A stretch of 63,779 bases of DNA, counting the filler, from Octopus bimaculoides (Eukaryota), in NCBI RefSeq assembly GCF_001194135.2. It is 4 parts of 2 records of this genome, joined end to end, with 100 filler letters (N's around TTAATTAATTAA, not from the genome) between each part and the next. Parts side by side here need not be neighbours in the genome. Positions count along the whole stretch, not along the records: positions 27,977 to 45,055 come from NC_068991.1; positions 45,156 to 61,906 come from NC_068985.1; 2 more parts are not named here. One strand, written 5' to 3'. Positions within the stretch are counted from its first letter, which is position 1, and the number at the start of each line of letters is the position of its first letter. Below the pieces are notes generated by a model. That model was given only the letters and a program-made list of their open reading frames with translations, was not told the origin of the DNA and ran no database searches. The translations under genes were made by a program, and so were the position numbers. Below are positions 40,867-52,330 of the stretch, piece after piece.

Positions 40867-41032
40867 CAATACAGTAACCATAAGNNNNNNNNNNNNNNNN
40901 NNNNNNNNNNNNNNNNNNNNNNNNNNNNNNNNNNNNNNNNNNNNNNNNNNNNNNNNNNNNNNNNNNNNNNNNNNNNNNNNNNNNNNNNNNNNNNNNNNNN
41001 NNNNNNNNNNNNNNNNNNNNNNNNNNNNNNNN

Positions 41033-41289
<257 letters not shown>

Positions 41290-41812
41290 CAGTACCAGGT
41301 AGTGGCTCGCATGATTTCTGATCTCAACTGATTGGAAGTGTTTCCTCTTCGTATAAAAGATGGGTTATATATTCCGCTCAAAACCACAGATTTGCTTACC
41401 AGTTGCTTGTCATTAATCATGCCCGTTAATGGTTGACGATATGTGCATGTCTGATCACAAGCCGGTGTTGTAGGGTAACATCATAACCACGTGTTGAGAG
41501 GAATACTTTGAAGTTTCAACAGTTCATCTCTGGAAACGTGGGTGTTACGTTGACTACCCTTAAGCAACCCTTATTCGGGGACATTTTGAGCGTCATGGGG
41601 CTACTCGACCTAAAGAAACTTCCAACTGGATCCCATCTGGAAGTTCATGTGTTGTTTGTTTATCTTGATATGAGATCACCATGTCGCGCACACATGTTTG
41701 TGATGCTTGCACCTTTTGTACCCTTACCAAACGTGTAGGTATGATGGGTGTATTGAGCTTCGTATATTTGTATCCCAGTGTCACTTTGATGGTATGCATT
41801 GCACTCTCACTC
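41290..41812 (-). repeat. Unclassified ~520-bp interspersed repeat, copy 1
   Basis: Reverse complement aligns with 54675-55200 (ccatcaaagtga...caaatatacgaagc...gtgcgcgacatgg...cacttccaatca). Confidence 0.8.
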
Positions 41813-42079
41813 AATAATAATAATAATCGTAAAAGAGAGAAAATAAATAAATAATAAAAAACATAATAATGGTAATAATTAGGGTTTCAGTTTTTGGCAC
41901 GAGGCCAGCAAGTTCGGTGATGGGAGAGGTAAGTCGATTACATCAACCCCAGTGTTCAACATGTACTTATTTCATTGACGAAATGCTGTGAAGCATTTTG
42001 CCCAGCGCGCTAGCGATTCTTCCAGCTCGCCTCCTTTCTCAGTCATCATCAACAACAACAGTGACAACAATAATAATTT

Positions 42080-42785
42080 GTCCTTAGTACAAGCATTGAG
42101 GACAAACTATGTGAAGTGCAGAATTAATAACACTACTGCGAGTGGCAAATGCAGGATGTAGAGTGAAAGGGGTGACACAGTATGGTACGTTGTTAGTGAA
42201 TACCCGAAATTGTCACAACACGAATACAAAAGGCGATATGACAATGTGACTACAATGATCCAATAGGAATTCATGGGAAATTATAGCTCAGAAATAGCAA
42301 AGGCGTGGTATGGCCAAATACCAGAGGCTGTTCTTGAGAATGAAGATTTCAAAATCCTTTGGGATGCAATGATTCAGTGTGACCATGAAACTGAACACTG
42401 GGAACCTGACATTGTTGTGGTGAACAGAAAATATAAAACATACTTGATAATCAACATATGTTCTGGTGACAACAGAATCTAAGAAAAAGAAGAAAAGTGA
42501 AGAACTATGATTAATTAAAGTGGGAAAGATGCGGGTTTTGAAGAGAGTGGACGTGATACCGATCGTCTTTCGCACTTGGAAGTACCAGCACTCAAAACGA
42601 TTGACACAAATGTAAATATAGAACACCTACAGAAATCGTCGTTGCTTAGAACTGCAAGAGTTCTCCGCAGGGTTCTTGACGCATGATCAGTAAACAGGTG
42701 TCGCCTTAGTCTGCTGGCTATGAGCAGCTGACACCATTATACGCAGTAAAATAAGCTGAGAGTTTTCATCAAAATAATAATAATG
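42080..42785 (+). mobile_element. Older 5'-truncated R4/Dong-type LINE: zinc knuckle, RLE and 3' UTR
   Basis: QALRTNYVK...KCRM*SERGDTVWYVVSEYPKLSQHEYKRRYDNV...PEAVLENEDFKILWD...EPDIVVV...IEHLQKSSLLRTARVLRRVL*; ends in aataataat. Confidence 0.85.
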
Positions 42786-43558
42786 TGCACATCCTCTCTA
42801 TCGTTACTTTCCTTTACAAGTGGATCTTGGAGTAGCATGAAATAAAGTGTTTTTCTCAAGAACATAAAGACCATCCGTCCTGGAAATTAATATCACGATC
42901 TTGCAATGGTGGGTGTAACACCCTAACCGCTAGTCCACGCGTTTTCAATCAGGACTCCACTATCTGCTTTGTCTTTTCTTGTTTTCAAACTGAATTATTG
43001 ACGGTTAAGCTTTGAAACAATTATTGTTTCTCTTTTTTCTTTAGACACAATGTATCTAGGACTACATTATCAAATATTTAATATCATATCGCTGTTTCGC
43101 CCCACATCAGCCCTATTTGAAGGAGTCCCATGATCAAAGAGGGTGCAGCATGGTAATTTTCGTTTCCTTTTTTCAGATGAGATGTATCTAAAATTATATT
43201 GTCTTATTCTTTGCTGTTCTATAGCCATAGGCCAAGTTGGATTAACTGGATCTAGGATTAAAGACAGACCGCAGATGACAAACATATATTTAGATCACAC
43301 AAAGTATATCTTGTGTTATGCTATCTAATACCTCATTCCTGGAAGATTATTTAGCCACAGGTCAGGTGCGATCAAGAATGCCTACGATCATGGGACTATA
43401 TTTATATAATCAAATTCGTATATATCTTATAGACATATCCTCAATCTAGGACATTTTCCAGTACGTTCTTACTTTTCAGAAAATATACGTTGGATGACTG
43501 TCAGCGAGATTTTACCAGTATATTCCGGTTGACACATACGTACATGCGCGCGCGCACG

Positions 43559-43592
<34 letters not shown>

Positions 43593-44434
43593 NNNNNNNN
43601 NNNNNNNNNNNNNNNNNNNNNNNNNNNNNNNNNNNNNNNNNNNNNNNNNNNNNNNNNNNNNNNNNNNNNNNNNNNNNNNNNNNNNNNNNNNNNNNNNNNN
43701 NNNNNNNNNNNNNNNNNNNNNNNNNNNNNNNNNNNNNNNNNNNNNNNNNNNNNNNNNNNNNNNNNNNNNNNNNNNNNNNNNNNNNNNNNNNNNNNNNNNN
43801 NNNNNNNNNNNNNNNNNNNNNNNNNNNNNNNNNNNNNNNNNNNNNNNNNNNNNNNNNNNNNNNNNNNNNNNNNNNNNNNNNNNNNNNNNNNNNNNNNNNN
43901 NNNNNNNNNNNNNNNNNNNNNNNNNNNNNNNNNNNNNNNNNNNNNNNNNNNNNNNNNNNNNNNNNNNNNNNNNNNNNNNNNNNNNNNNNNNNNNNNNNNN
44001 NNNNNNNNNNNNNNNNNNNNNNNNNNNNNNNNNNNNNNNNNNNNNNNNNNNNNNNNNNNNNNNNNNNNNNNNNNNNNNNNNNNNNNNNNNNNNNNNNNNN
44101 NNNNNNNNNNNNNNNNNNNNNNNNNNNNNNNNNNNNNNNNNNNNNNNNNNNNNNNNNNNNNNNNNNNNNNNNNNNNNNNNNNNNNNNNNNNNNNNNNNNN
44201 NNNNNNNNNNNNNNNNNNNNNNNNNNNNNNNNNNNNNNNNNNNNNNNNNNNNNNNNNNNNNNNNNNNNNNNNNNNNNNNNNNNNNNNNNNNNNNNNNNNN
44301 NNNNNNNNNNNNNNNNNNNNNNNNNNNNNNNNNNNNNNNNNNNNNNNNNNNNNNNNNNNNNNNNNNNNNNNNNNNNNNNNNNNNTATATATATATACATA
44401 TATATATATACGTATGAACATATACGTATGTGCG

Positions 44435-44472
<38 letters not shown>

Positions 44473-44958
44473 CCCCCTACACACAAATATATGCATGTAC
44501 ATATATACACAGGAATATATCTATATATGTACATATTAGCACAAATACATGTTATACATCAATATTATGTCTATGTCTGTATATGAGTACATATATATGT
44601 ATTTATATGTAAGTATGTATGTTTATGTGTGTGTATGATTCTGTGTGTGTGTGTGTGTGTGTGCGTGTGTCTGTGACTGTATAATTATGAATACACAAGA
44701 AGTATGCAGAGAAGAAAGGCTGGGTAAGAAAAGGAGGGAGAAAATGAAAAAGTGATACATAAATACACACAATTAAAAGGATTTCTACGTAATTGGTAGG
44801 TAAATTGGTATATATATATATGCGTGTGTGTGAGTGTGTGTGCACATTTTATACTTACATACAATTACACACACTCAGACACTCACACACATAAATATAT
44901 ATGTATTTATGTGTGTGTGTGTGTGTAACTGTATGTAAGTATAAAATGTGCACACACT

Positions 44959-45002
<44 letters not shown>

Positions 45003-45212
45003 CGTATATATGTATATATGTATATATATATATATTTATATATATATATATATATNNNNNNNNNNNNNNNNNNNNNNNNNNNNNNNNNNNNNNNNNNNNT
45101 TAATTAATTAANNNNNNNNNNNNNNNNNNNNNNNNNNNNNNNNNNNNNNNNNNNNGTCTATGTGATCTCAAATTTTAAAGCAAACACATAATTTTCTTAT
45201 GGTTTCTTAAAC

Positions 45213-45360
45213 ATTCACTTGAACAAAACTGTACAAATCCAAAAATATGGTACCCTAGGCATAACACCTACATGAACTTCTAACTTGTTGTCTCTTGAGG
45301 TCTCTGGGTGAGACTTGGATCCAACTTGTACAAATGCAAAACAAAAGTCAGACATAAAAT
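45213..45360 (+). mobile_element. 3' end of a young retroelement ending in (TAA)n, copy 2
   Basis: Near-identical to 41033-41180; extends upstream to the spacer at 45155. Confidence 0.65.
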
Positions 45361-45363
45361 AAT

Positions 45364-45396
<33 letters not shown>

Positions 45397-45477
45397 GCTT
45401 CAAAACGTGAAAAGATCTTTTCATTTTTGTCAATACGATACAGATATAGGAGAAAGACGTAAAGATCTTACTTTTGA

Positions 45478-45700
45478 TTTTTTACCCGTTTCAGTCATTA
45501 GTCTGCGGCCATGCTGGGGCACAACGCTGACAAAGTTTTAGTCCGACGAATCGACCGCAGTGATTATTATTTTTTTAAACCAGGTAATTATTCTATCGGT
45601 GACTTTTGCCGAACCGCTATGTTGTGGAGACGTAAACATACCAACACCGGTTGTCAAGACACAGCTATACACACGCACATACGGACACTCACAAACACAC
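45478..45700 (-). mobile_element. SINE family A, 3' part
   Basis: tttcagtcattagtctgcggccatgctgg...gccgaaccgct...cggttgtcaag. Confidence 0.75.
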
Positions 45701-45745
45701 ACAAATATAGATAGATATAATTGTCACTAAAATGACATGGCGTGT

Positions 45746-45967
45746 TAGAAAGCACCAGCATTGCTAGAAATAAGAGTTAAAATAATTCTTAAGCACGTGA
45801 GAGCACTTCTCTTACGACTGGCAAGGAAAACAGGCTCCCTCCGTACTTATATAGCTACATCTCGCCTGTTGTACGGAGGAGCTGTTTTCCCTTGTCAGTC
45901 GTAATAAAAGTGTTCTCACGTGGCTAGGAGTTTTCATGCTTATTTCTAGCAGTGGTGGTGCTTACTA
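45746..45967. mobile_element. Fold-back element (probable MITE): ~100-bp imperfect inverted arms, 24-nt spacer, TA at both ends
   Basis: Left arm 45746-45846 (tagaaagcaccagcattgctagaaataag...acaggctccctccgtac) matches the reverse complement of 45871-45967. Confidence 0.8.
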
Positions 45968-46544
45968 GCACCCTTCGTCACTTCAGTGACAAATATACTT
46001 GTTCTAAATTGCGAACAGCTACCTTAATAATTTACATATATATGTATATATATATATATATATATATAGATAGATAGATTGATTGATAGATATTTACATA
46101 CAACTGACATTGTATAATTATAAACAGGCCAAATTTTAAACATTTCCCCGCAGGCTGAAAAAAAATTGATGAACTCACTTAACCGAATTTCGAACTGCAT
46201 TGGGTTCTCATCAGAGTTGTCTACATCATTCTGACAGTTTCCAGAAAAACAAGCAGCTAAACTGCTTATATACTCAATAAATGTAGCAGTTACTCTATGA
46301 AGGAGTTCCTAATTTGTATACCGAAAGTTTTCACCACTCTATAAATATCAGCAGTGTTGCATATACTGTAGGCATCTACACAGCATAGGTGAAACTTGGC
46401 CTAGTAAGGCCTGTCCTCGATAAGATCATCAAACGCTTACCTCCCCATCAATATCTATATATATTTACACTCTTACACAATTAAGAGTAGTTTAACTCTT
46501 ATTTCTAGCAATCTAGGTGCTTCGGTATCATTAGTCATACTTAG

Positions 46545-46567
46545 AGTGTGTGTATGTGTGTGTGTGC

Positions 46568-46652
<85 letters not shown>

Positions 46653-46690
46653 TGTATGTGTGTGTGTGTGTGTGTATGTGTGTATGTGCC
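46545..46690. repeat. (TG)n microsatellite
   Basis: Direct reading. Confidence 0.95.
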
Positions 46691-46837
46691 TGTGTCTGTG
46701 TTGTTCGCTCTCTTGCAATATAACAGACAGAGGCCGTACATCGTTGACCAGCTGGAAAAGATGTTTCCCCCAGGTTAAAATGTATTAACATTGTTCTTCA
46801 TGGAACAGTCATTTAAAAGTGGCAACAAACATTCAGA

Positions 46838-46972
46838 TTCTACCAAATCCACTGGCAATGCTTTGGTCGGCCCGAGGCTGTTGTAGAAAACGCTTACCCA
46901 AGGCTCCACGCAGTGGGGCTGAACCCAGAATCATGTGATTGGGAGCCAAACTTCTTACCTCACAACCACGTC
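46838..46972 (-). mobile_element. SINE family A, head and core fragment
   Basis: taccaaatccac...ggcccgaggct...ccacgcagtggggctgaaccc. Confidence 0.8.
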
Positions 46973-48497
46973 TGCTATGGATAGATGCTAATAAAAGCCA
47001 TCGCTCGAATATAACCGAATATGAACGAATATACTCCAATATGGCCGAATATGAACAAAAATTACCTGATAGCACACACTACGGTTTCGTATTTGATTTA
47101 GGTATCTGAATAGTCGCGAACAGACATAGAATCCATTTCTGACCTCCCAAACTTGACTTAGTATGACATTGAAGATGTGACAGTTGGTTGAAGAGAACGA
47201 GTTATCAGCGCTTCTTCGGTTACTCGTTTTCGATAGATTAGACTGGAGTAATACGAAATGAATTCACAGATACAGCGAACTGCCTAGCTAAGAAATCGAA
47301 CCTATAACGTTGAAATCGTAAGCCCAACGCCGTATGTTTTAGGCCAATTACTTTTACTAAGCAGGTACTTAATAAGTGATATACATTACTTTAAAGTAGC
47401 TCTGTAAAATTGATGTTAGTGTAAGACTAAGAGGTCCTCTGGAGAGTCGGTCGACTTGAGAGAAATATGTAGCCATATTTATCTCAAATGATAGCTTTGT
47501 TATGAAAGAAATTATTGGTTAATGTAGTCTTCTGCATTGACAAAATGTGGGGATGGTCACGACTGGTCGTGTGTCTATTTGGCCAACACTGGCCAGAGCA
47601 GAAACAACAACAACAACAACAGCAACATTTGATGACTATTTCCTTAGCTTATAGTTCAACAACAATCACAGCGTATAGCTTCGAGCGAAATCAGCAACAA
47701 CAACCAACTCCATTTACAATTATAGATTTGAAAGTGAAATGAGAGAACTGCTGGAGATAGATTGCCTGAGGAAGAAATTTTCTTTTAATACCGACATTTG
47801 ATGGCATAAAATGAATCTGTGTGGTAAGTGCAGGCCACATCAAATATATTTATCACGTAAAATACACCTGCATATCATCTACATTAATGTGCACTTAACA
47901 TTACGTGATTCGTATTTCATCAGTACCGATAAATATTCCGTCAACTAATACATTACTTAGCCTAGTTGAAGCAATAGAATGACTAAGAAAAAGGTAGAGT
48001 GCATGCAGCATAATCGTTGTTGGTCAAAGTCGTCACAATGGTGTGGAATTTGCTGTGAAAATATTCGCAAATTGAAATTATTTCGTGCTAAAACATGGTT
48101 TCTTATATAAGCAAGATGCCTTCTTTATTAGTCCATAGAGTTTCTGAGTTGATAAATGTAGCAAATTAAACAGCTGAAGTTACGAATCTCAGACATGTCA
48201 CCAATACAGTTCTCTGACACCTTATGGGTCTAAAGAAATAGAATATATTCTTTGTTAATTAGTGAAAGAGGGAGAGGTAGTGCGCATGTAATTTGCAGCT
48301 CCTGAATTGATAAGATTTATGAAACTAAACAAATTGAACACCATTGGTTAAATTCTTGTAGGAAAATGTTTTGTAGAAAAGAAATTTTAGTGAACTGTGA
48401 ATGTGACAACTAATACACGTCTAAGACAGAATTTCGATTGAGAAATAATAAAGATGTTCACACCAGGAAAAATGAGATGTTCAGATAAGCTAAAGAT

Positions 48498-48905
48498 GTT
48501 GTGGCTGTGTGGTAAGTAGCTTGCTTACGGACCACATGGTTCCGGGTTCAGTCCCACTGCGTGGCACCTTGGGCAAGTGTCTTCTACTATAGCCTCGGGC
48601 CGACCAAAGCCTTTTGAGTGGATTTCGTAGATGGAAACTGAAAGAAACCCGTCGTATATATGTATATGTATATACATATGTGTGTTTGTGTGTCTGTATT
48701 TGTCCCTCCAATATCGCTTGACAACCGATGCTGGTGTGTTTACGTCCCCGTATTCTAGCGGTTCGGCAAAAGTGACCGATAGAATAGATACTAGGCTTAC
48801 AAAGAATAAGTCCTGGGCTCGATTTTCTCGACTAAAGAAGGTGCTCCAGCATGGCTGCAGTCAAATGACTGAAACAAGTAAAAGAGTGAAAAAGAGAGTA
48901 AAAGA
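48498..48905 (+). mobile_element. SINE family A, near full length
   Basis: A box gtggctgtgtggt, B box ggttcagtccc, CORE-like ccttgggcaagtgtcttc, internal (TA/TG)n, tail gaaacaagtaaaagag. Confidence 0.9.
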
Positions 48906-49002
48906 GTATATAAATTAATGTTTTAGTTAGAAACAATGCAACTATGAGCAAGTGGTTGTAACCTGTTGGATCGAAGATGTTTAGTTTGTTGTAATATTCA
49001 AT

Positions 49003-49600
49003 AGCGGCGAGCTGGCAGAAACGTTAGCACTCCGGGCGAAATGCATAGCGGTACTTCGTCTGAGTTCAAATTCCGCCGAAGTCGACTTTGTCTTTCATCC
49101 TTTCGGGGTCGATTAAATAAGTACCAGTTACGTTCTAGGGTCGATGTAATTGATTTATCCCTTTGTCTGTCCGTGTTTGTCTCCTCTACGTTTAGCCCCC
49201 TGTGGGCAATAAAGAAATATATAGAGATGTGAAGGCGGTGGGTTGGCTGAATCGTTAGTACGCTGGGCAAAATGCTTTGCAGTATTTCGCTCGTTTTTAA
49301 CGTTCTGAGTTCAAGTTCTGCTGAAGTTCACTTTGCTTCTCTTCTGGGCCGATGAAATTACTAGCGTCTAAGTAACTGACTTGACTCCTCCTGAAAAATT
49401 ACTGGCCAAGTGGCAAAATTTGAAAACAAAGGATAGAAAGGGGGTTATTTCATCTGTCATTACGTTCTGAGTTCAAATTCTGCCGAGGTCGTCTGTGCCT
49501 TTCATCCTTTCGGAGTCGATAAATTAAGTACCAGCTGCGTACTGGGTCGATCTATTCCACTTAACCCCTCCTTCGAAATTGCTGGTATTGCACCTTTTAT
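49003..49600 (+). mobile_element. Three tandem SINE family B copies or fragments (49003-49220, 49232-49420, 49455-49600)
   Basis: Head ggcgagctggcagaa(a/t)cgttagcac, ctgagttcaaattc, central tttcatcctttcggggtcgat...agtaccag. Confidence 0.85.
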
Positions 49601-50383
49601 TAGAAACTAATATTAAATTAAATTCTAGTAAAGTGGAACGGGATGAAAATTTGCCTGCTTGGTGTTCGAATTGAACAACTGAGTATCGATGTTAGTAGAA
49701 ACAACGGGATTCCGGAAGGAGTAGCACGCATTTGATGCACAGCCACAGGGGTTGTTGCTACTGCAGTTGTTATTGTGGTGTTGGTTGGTGTTCTTATTCT
49801 AGCTGTCGCTTGAGTGTTTGTCAGCTCTTCTTCAGTTTAATGAATAAAAATATGTTTCTTGGCCTGCGTGAAAAAGTAATTAACAACACCTGCGAACATT
49901 TGACAGAAGAATTTATTATCGCAATTAAAGTCAAACCGCGTTGGTCTTTTACTAATAACAACAGCAATAATTGCATGCTGAGTGAGACATACTATTGGGA
50001 CTTTATGGCAAGCTGTTGATATGGCAACATACAGCTTGCCCAACATACCTGGAATCAATTGTGCTCTATTTGGGATGACAGTGGTTTTTGGTCATCTACC
50101 TGAGCCGTCTGCGTGGGCCGTCTAGTGTGACAAGAACGGGGATACATCTCACTGAGCTGCCTCAACAATCTTCATTTACCGCCAAATGCGGCCTTTTATA
50201 GGGTACCAGAAGGGGATTCTAAAAGATTAACTCATGCGACGGCTTGAAGCTGACTGGTTGCTTGATAGACCGATCAGATGAAACTATTGTGCTTTGCCCC
50301 TGATGTTTGACCGCGTATCCAGGAATACAGTTTTGAAACCTCACTACATAGTTATCACCATCTTTACTGTCGTTGCTAAATCT

Positions 50384-50724
50384 GGTGAGCTGGCAGAATC
50401 ATTAGCACGCCGGGCGAAATGCTTAGTGGTATTTCGTTTGTCTTTATACTCTGAGTTCAAATTCCGCTGAGATAGGGCGACTTTTCGTTTCATCCTTTTG
50501 TAGTAGATAAGTTAAATACCAGTTACGTACTAGGGTTGATTTAGCAACTGGCCTCCTCCCCCAACATTTTGGGCATACTCTAGAAGAGTTTATAATTTTT
50601 GTTTTCTTCCGAAATTTTGGGGGAGGGGTACCCATCGATTAGATCCACCCCAGTACGCAACTGGTACTTAATTTATCGACCCCGAAAGCATGAAAATCAA
50701 GGTCGACCTCGGCAGAATTTGAAA
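50384..50724. mobile_element. Inverted pair of SINE family B pieces (+ 50384-50575; - 50630-50724)
   Basis: Second piece is the reverse complement of the family-B central domain. Confidence 0.8.
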
Positions 50725-51996
50725 AAGAAAGGCTTATTGTTGCTGTTATTTTTGTTGCCGTAGATTTTGTCGATTTATTGATGTCATTGTCTACGTTGTC
50801 AATGTTCTTGTTATTGTAATTGTTGCTGATGCTGTTCTTGTCGTTGTTGGTATGATCGTGTTATCGTTCTTGTTGCTGTACTTTCTTATTGTCGTCGACA
50901 TAGTTGTTGTTGTTGTTGTTGATATTGTTGCTGCTGCCGATGTTTCGTTATTATCGTTCTTGTTGTTGTCATCGTCCTTCTTATTTCTATTATTGTCGTT
51001 CGTTCTTATATCGGGGACATTGGTCAAGGCGCGTCGTTTAGCGGTTACGGTGGGCAGCTCACATTCGTGAGTACGCTCCCAGGTGGCGCGTTGGCTAGTC
51101 ACTTAATTTCACGTTGCCCCAATCCACATTCACGGCGCATCTCTCGAACTGAACATCTGGTGTGCAAGCACCACATTAATCTGGCCGAGTCGCTCGACCG
51201 AATATAACATTTTGAGTTTTTGCAGTTTGTGTGGTTTTTGTGTGAGTTTTTATAATCCAAGTTCGACTAAAAACATCCGTGAATGTGAACCAATTGTTGT
51301 TGTTTTCTTTTCTGTTAGCCAGCTGCGATACATATGATTGTTCTCGGTATATTTGTTCATCGTGTTGTTTGTTTTACCATGTAATGTGTGCGTTTATTTT
51401 AAACATTCTGGAGCAACTGTAAGTAATCTTTAACGTTTCTTCTTCATTTTTATATATCATATGTCTATGTTGTTAAGTTTGGTGGCTAGTTGTATTTAAT
51501 ACACTTTAGTGGTATTCGTTAGAATACAGATTATTGAAATGGTAGTTTCTTGTCTACGTAGGGTTTGAATATTGTACAACAGCGCCTTGAGAATAGTAGG
51601 GTATTATGTGAGAGTTGTCATCTACATGGGACGAGAGTGGTCTGAAATCGTGTAGTGAGTTGCAGAGTCAAATGTGTGCATTTATGTTTTCCAGCATTAA
51701 CATTCCTACAACATTGTGGGTGTACATATGTTTATAGCGGGCTGCATATACCTTCACGGTGTTGCTTCACTTGGATTTTGCTATAATTTTGCCGTGCTTC
51801 CACATTCTTTGTAATTCCACCTGTAGACATAGGCGATAGTTGCTGACAGTATTTCTCCAATCCCTTTTCGATTTTAGATGCTTCTATTGCCACATTGCTT
51901 TCCATGTGTTTGATGTGTTTCATATAGAAAAGATGTCAGATTTTTGATGAAGCTGCAATATGAATGTTTTTCGATTTTTGTACCTGTTTTCTTCAG

Positions 51997-52077
51997 AAGC
52001 GGAAGTAAATTCCAATACTAGATGTTTTAAAAAGTCCAGAATAACAAATAATTTTGGCCTTTGCGAGGGAGGAATTG
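51997..52077 (+). other. Candidate unannotated 81-nt exon
   Basis: Acceptor tttttgtacctgttttcttcag, donor TTG|gtaagt. One open frame (AEVNSNTRCFKKSRITNNFGLCEGGI), no homology recognised. Confidence 0.3.
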
Positions 52078-52237
52078 GTAAGTTGTAATTATTGAACATA
52101 TTAAAGTTAATCTGACGGAGATTTCAATTAGATGTCCTCCACACAGGATTGCTATTGTTTGTTAAAGGCAGGCGTCGTCGGGCGTCGCCGTTCGCGTTGC
52201 AGTAGGGTGTCCACCTCCCGGTCGTTTCGGCTCGCAC

Positions 52238-52330
52238 GAAGGGTGCTCTTCGCCGAGGGTGCTCTTCGCCGAGGGTGCTCTTCGCCGCGGGTGCCCTTTG
52301 CCGAGTGTGCTCTTGGCCGAGTGTCCGAGG
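52238..52330. repeat. GC-rich 16-bp tandem array (gagggtgctcttcgcc), ~5.5 units diverging 3'-ward
   Basis: Units aagggtgctcttcgcc, gagggtgctcttcgcc x2, gcgggtgccctttgcc, gagtgtgctcttggcc, gagtgtcc. Confidence 0.9.

Noticed and set aside
46371-46433. GIY...LDKIIK resembling the second half of a PDZ domain
   Set aside because: In-frame TAG, spacing too short, no donor after IIK.
51732-51923. 63-aa minus-strand ORF (MKHIKHMESNVAIEASK...)
   Set aside because: Short, no homology recognised and no supporting splice signals.
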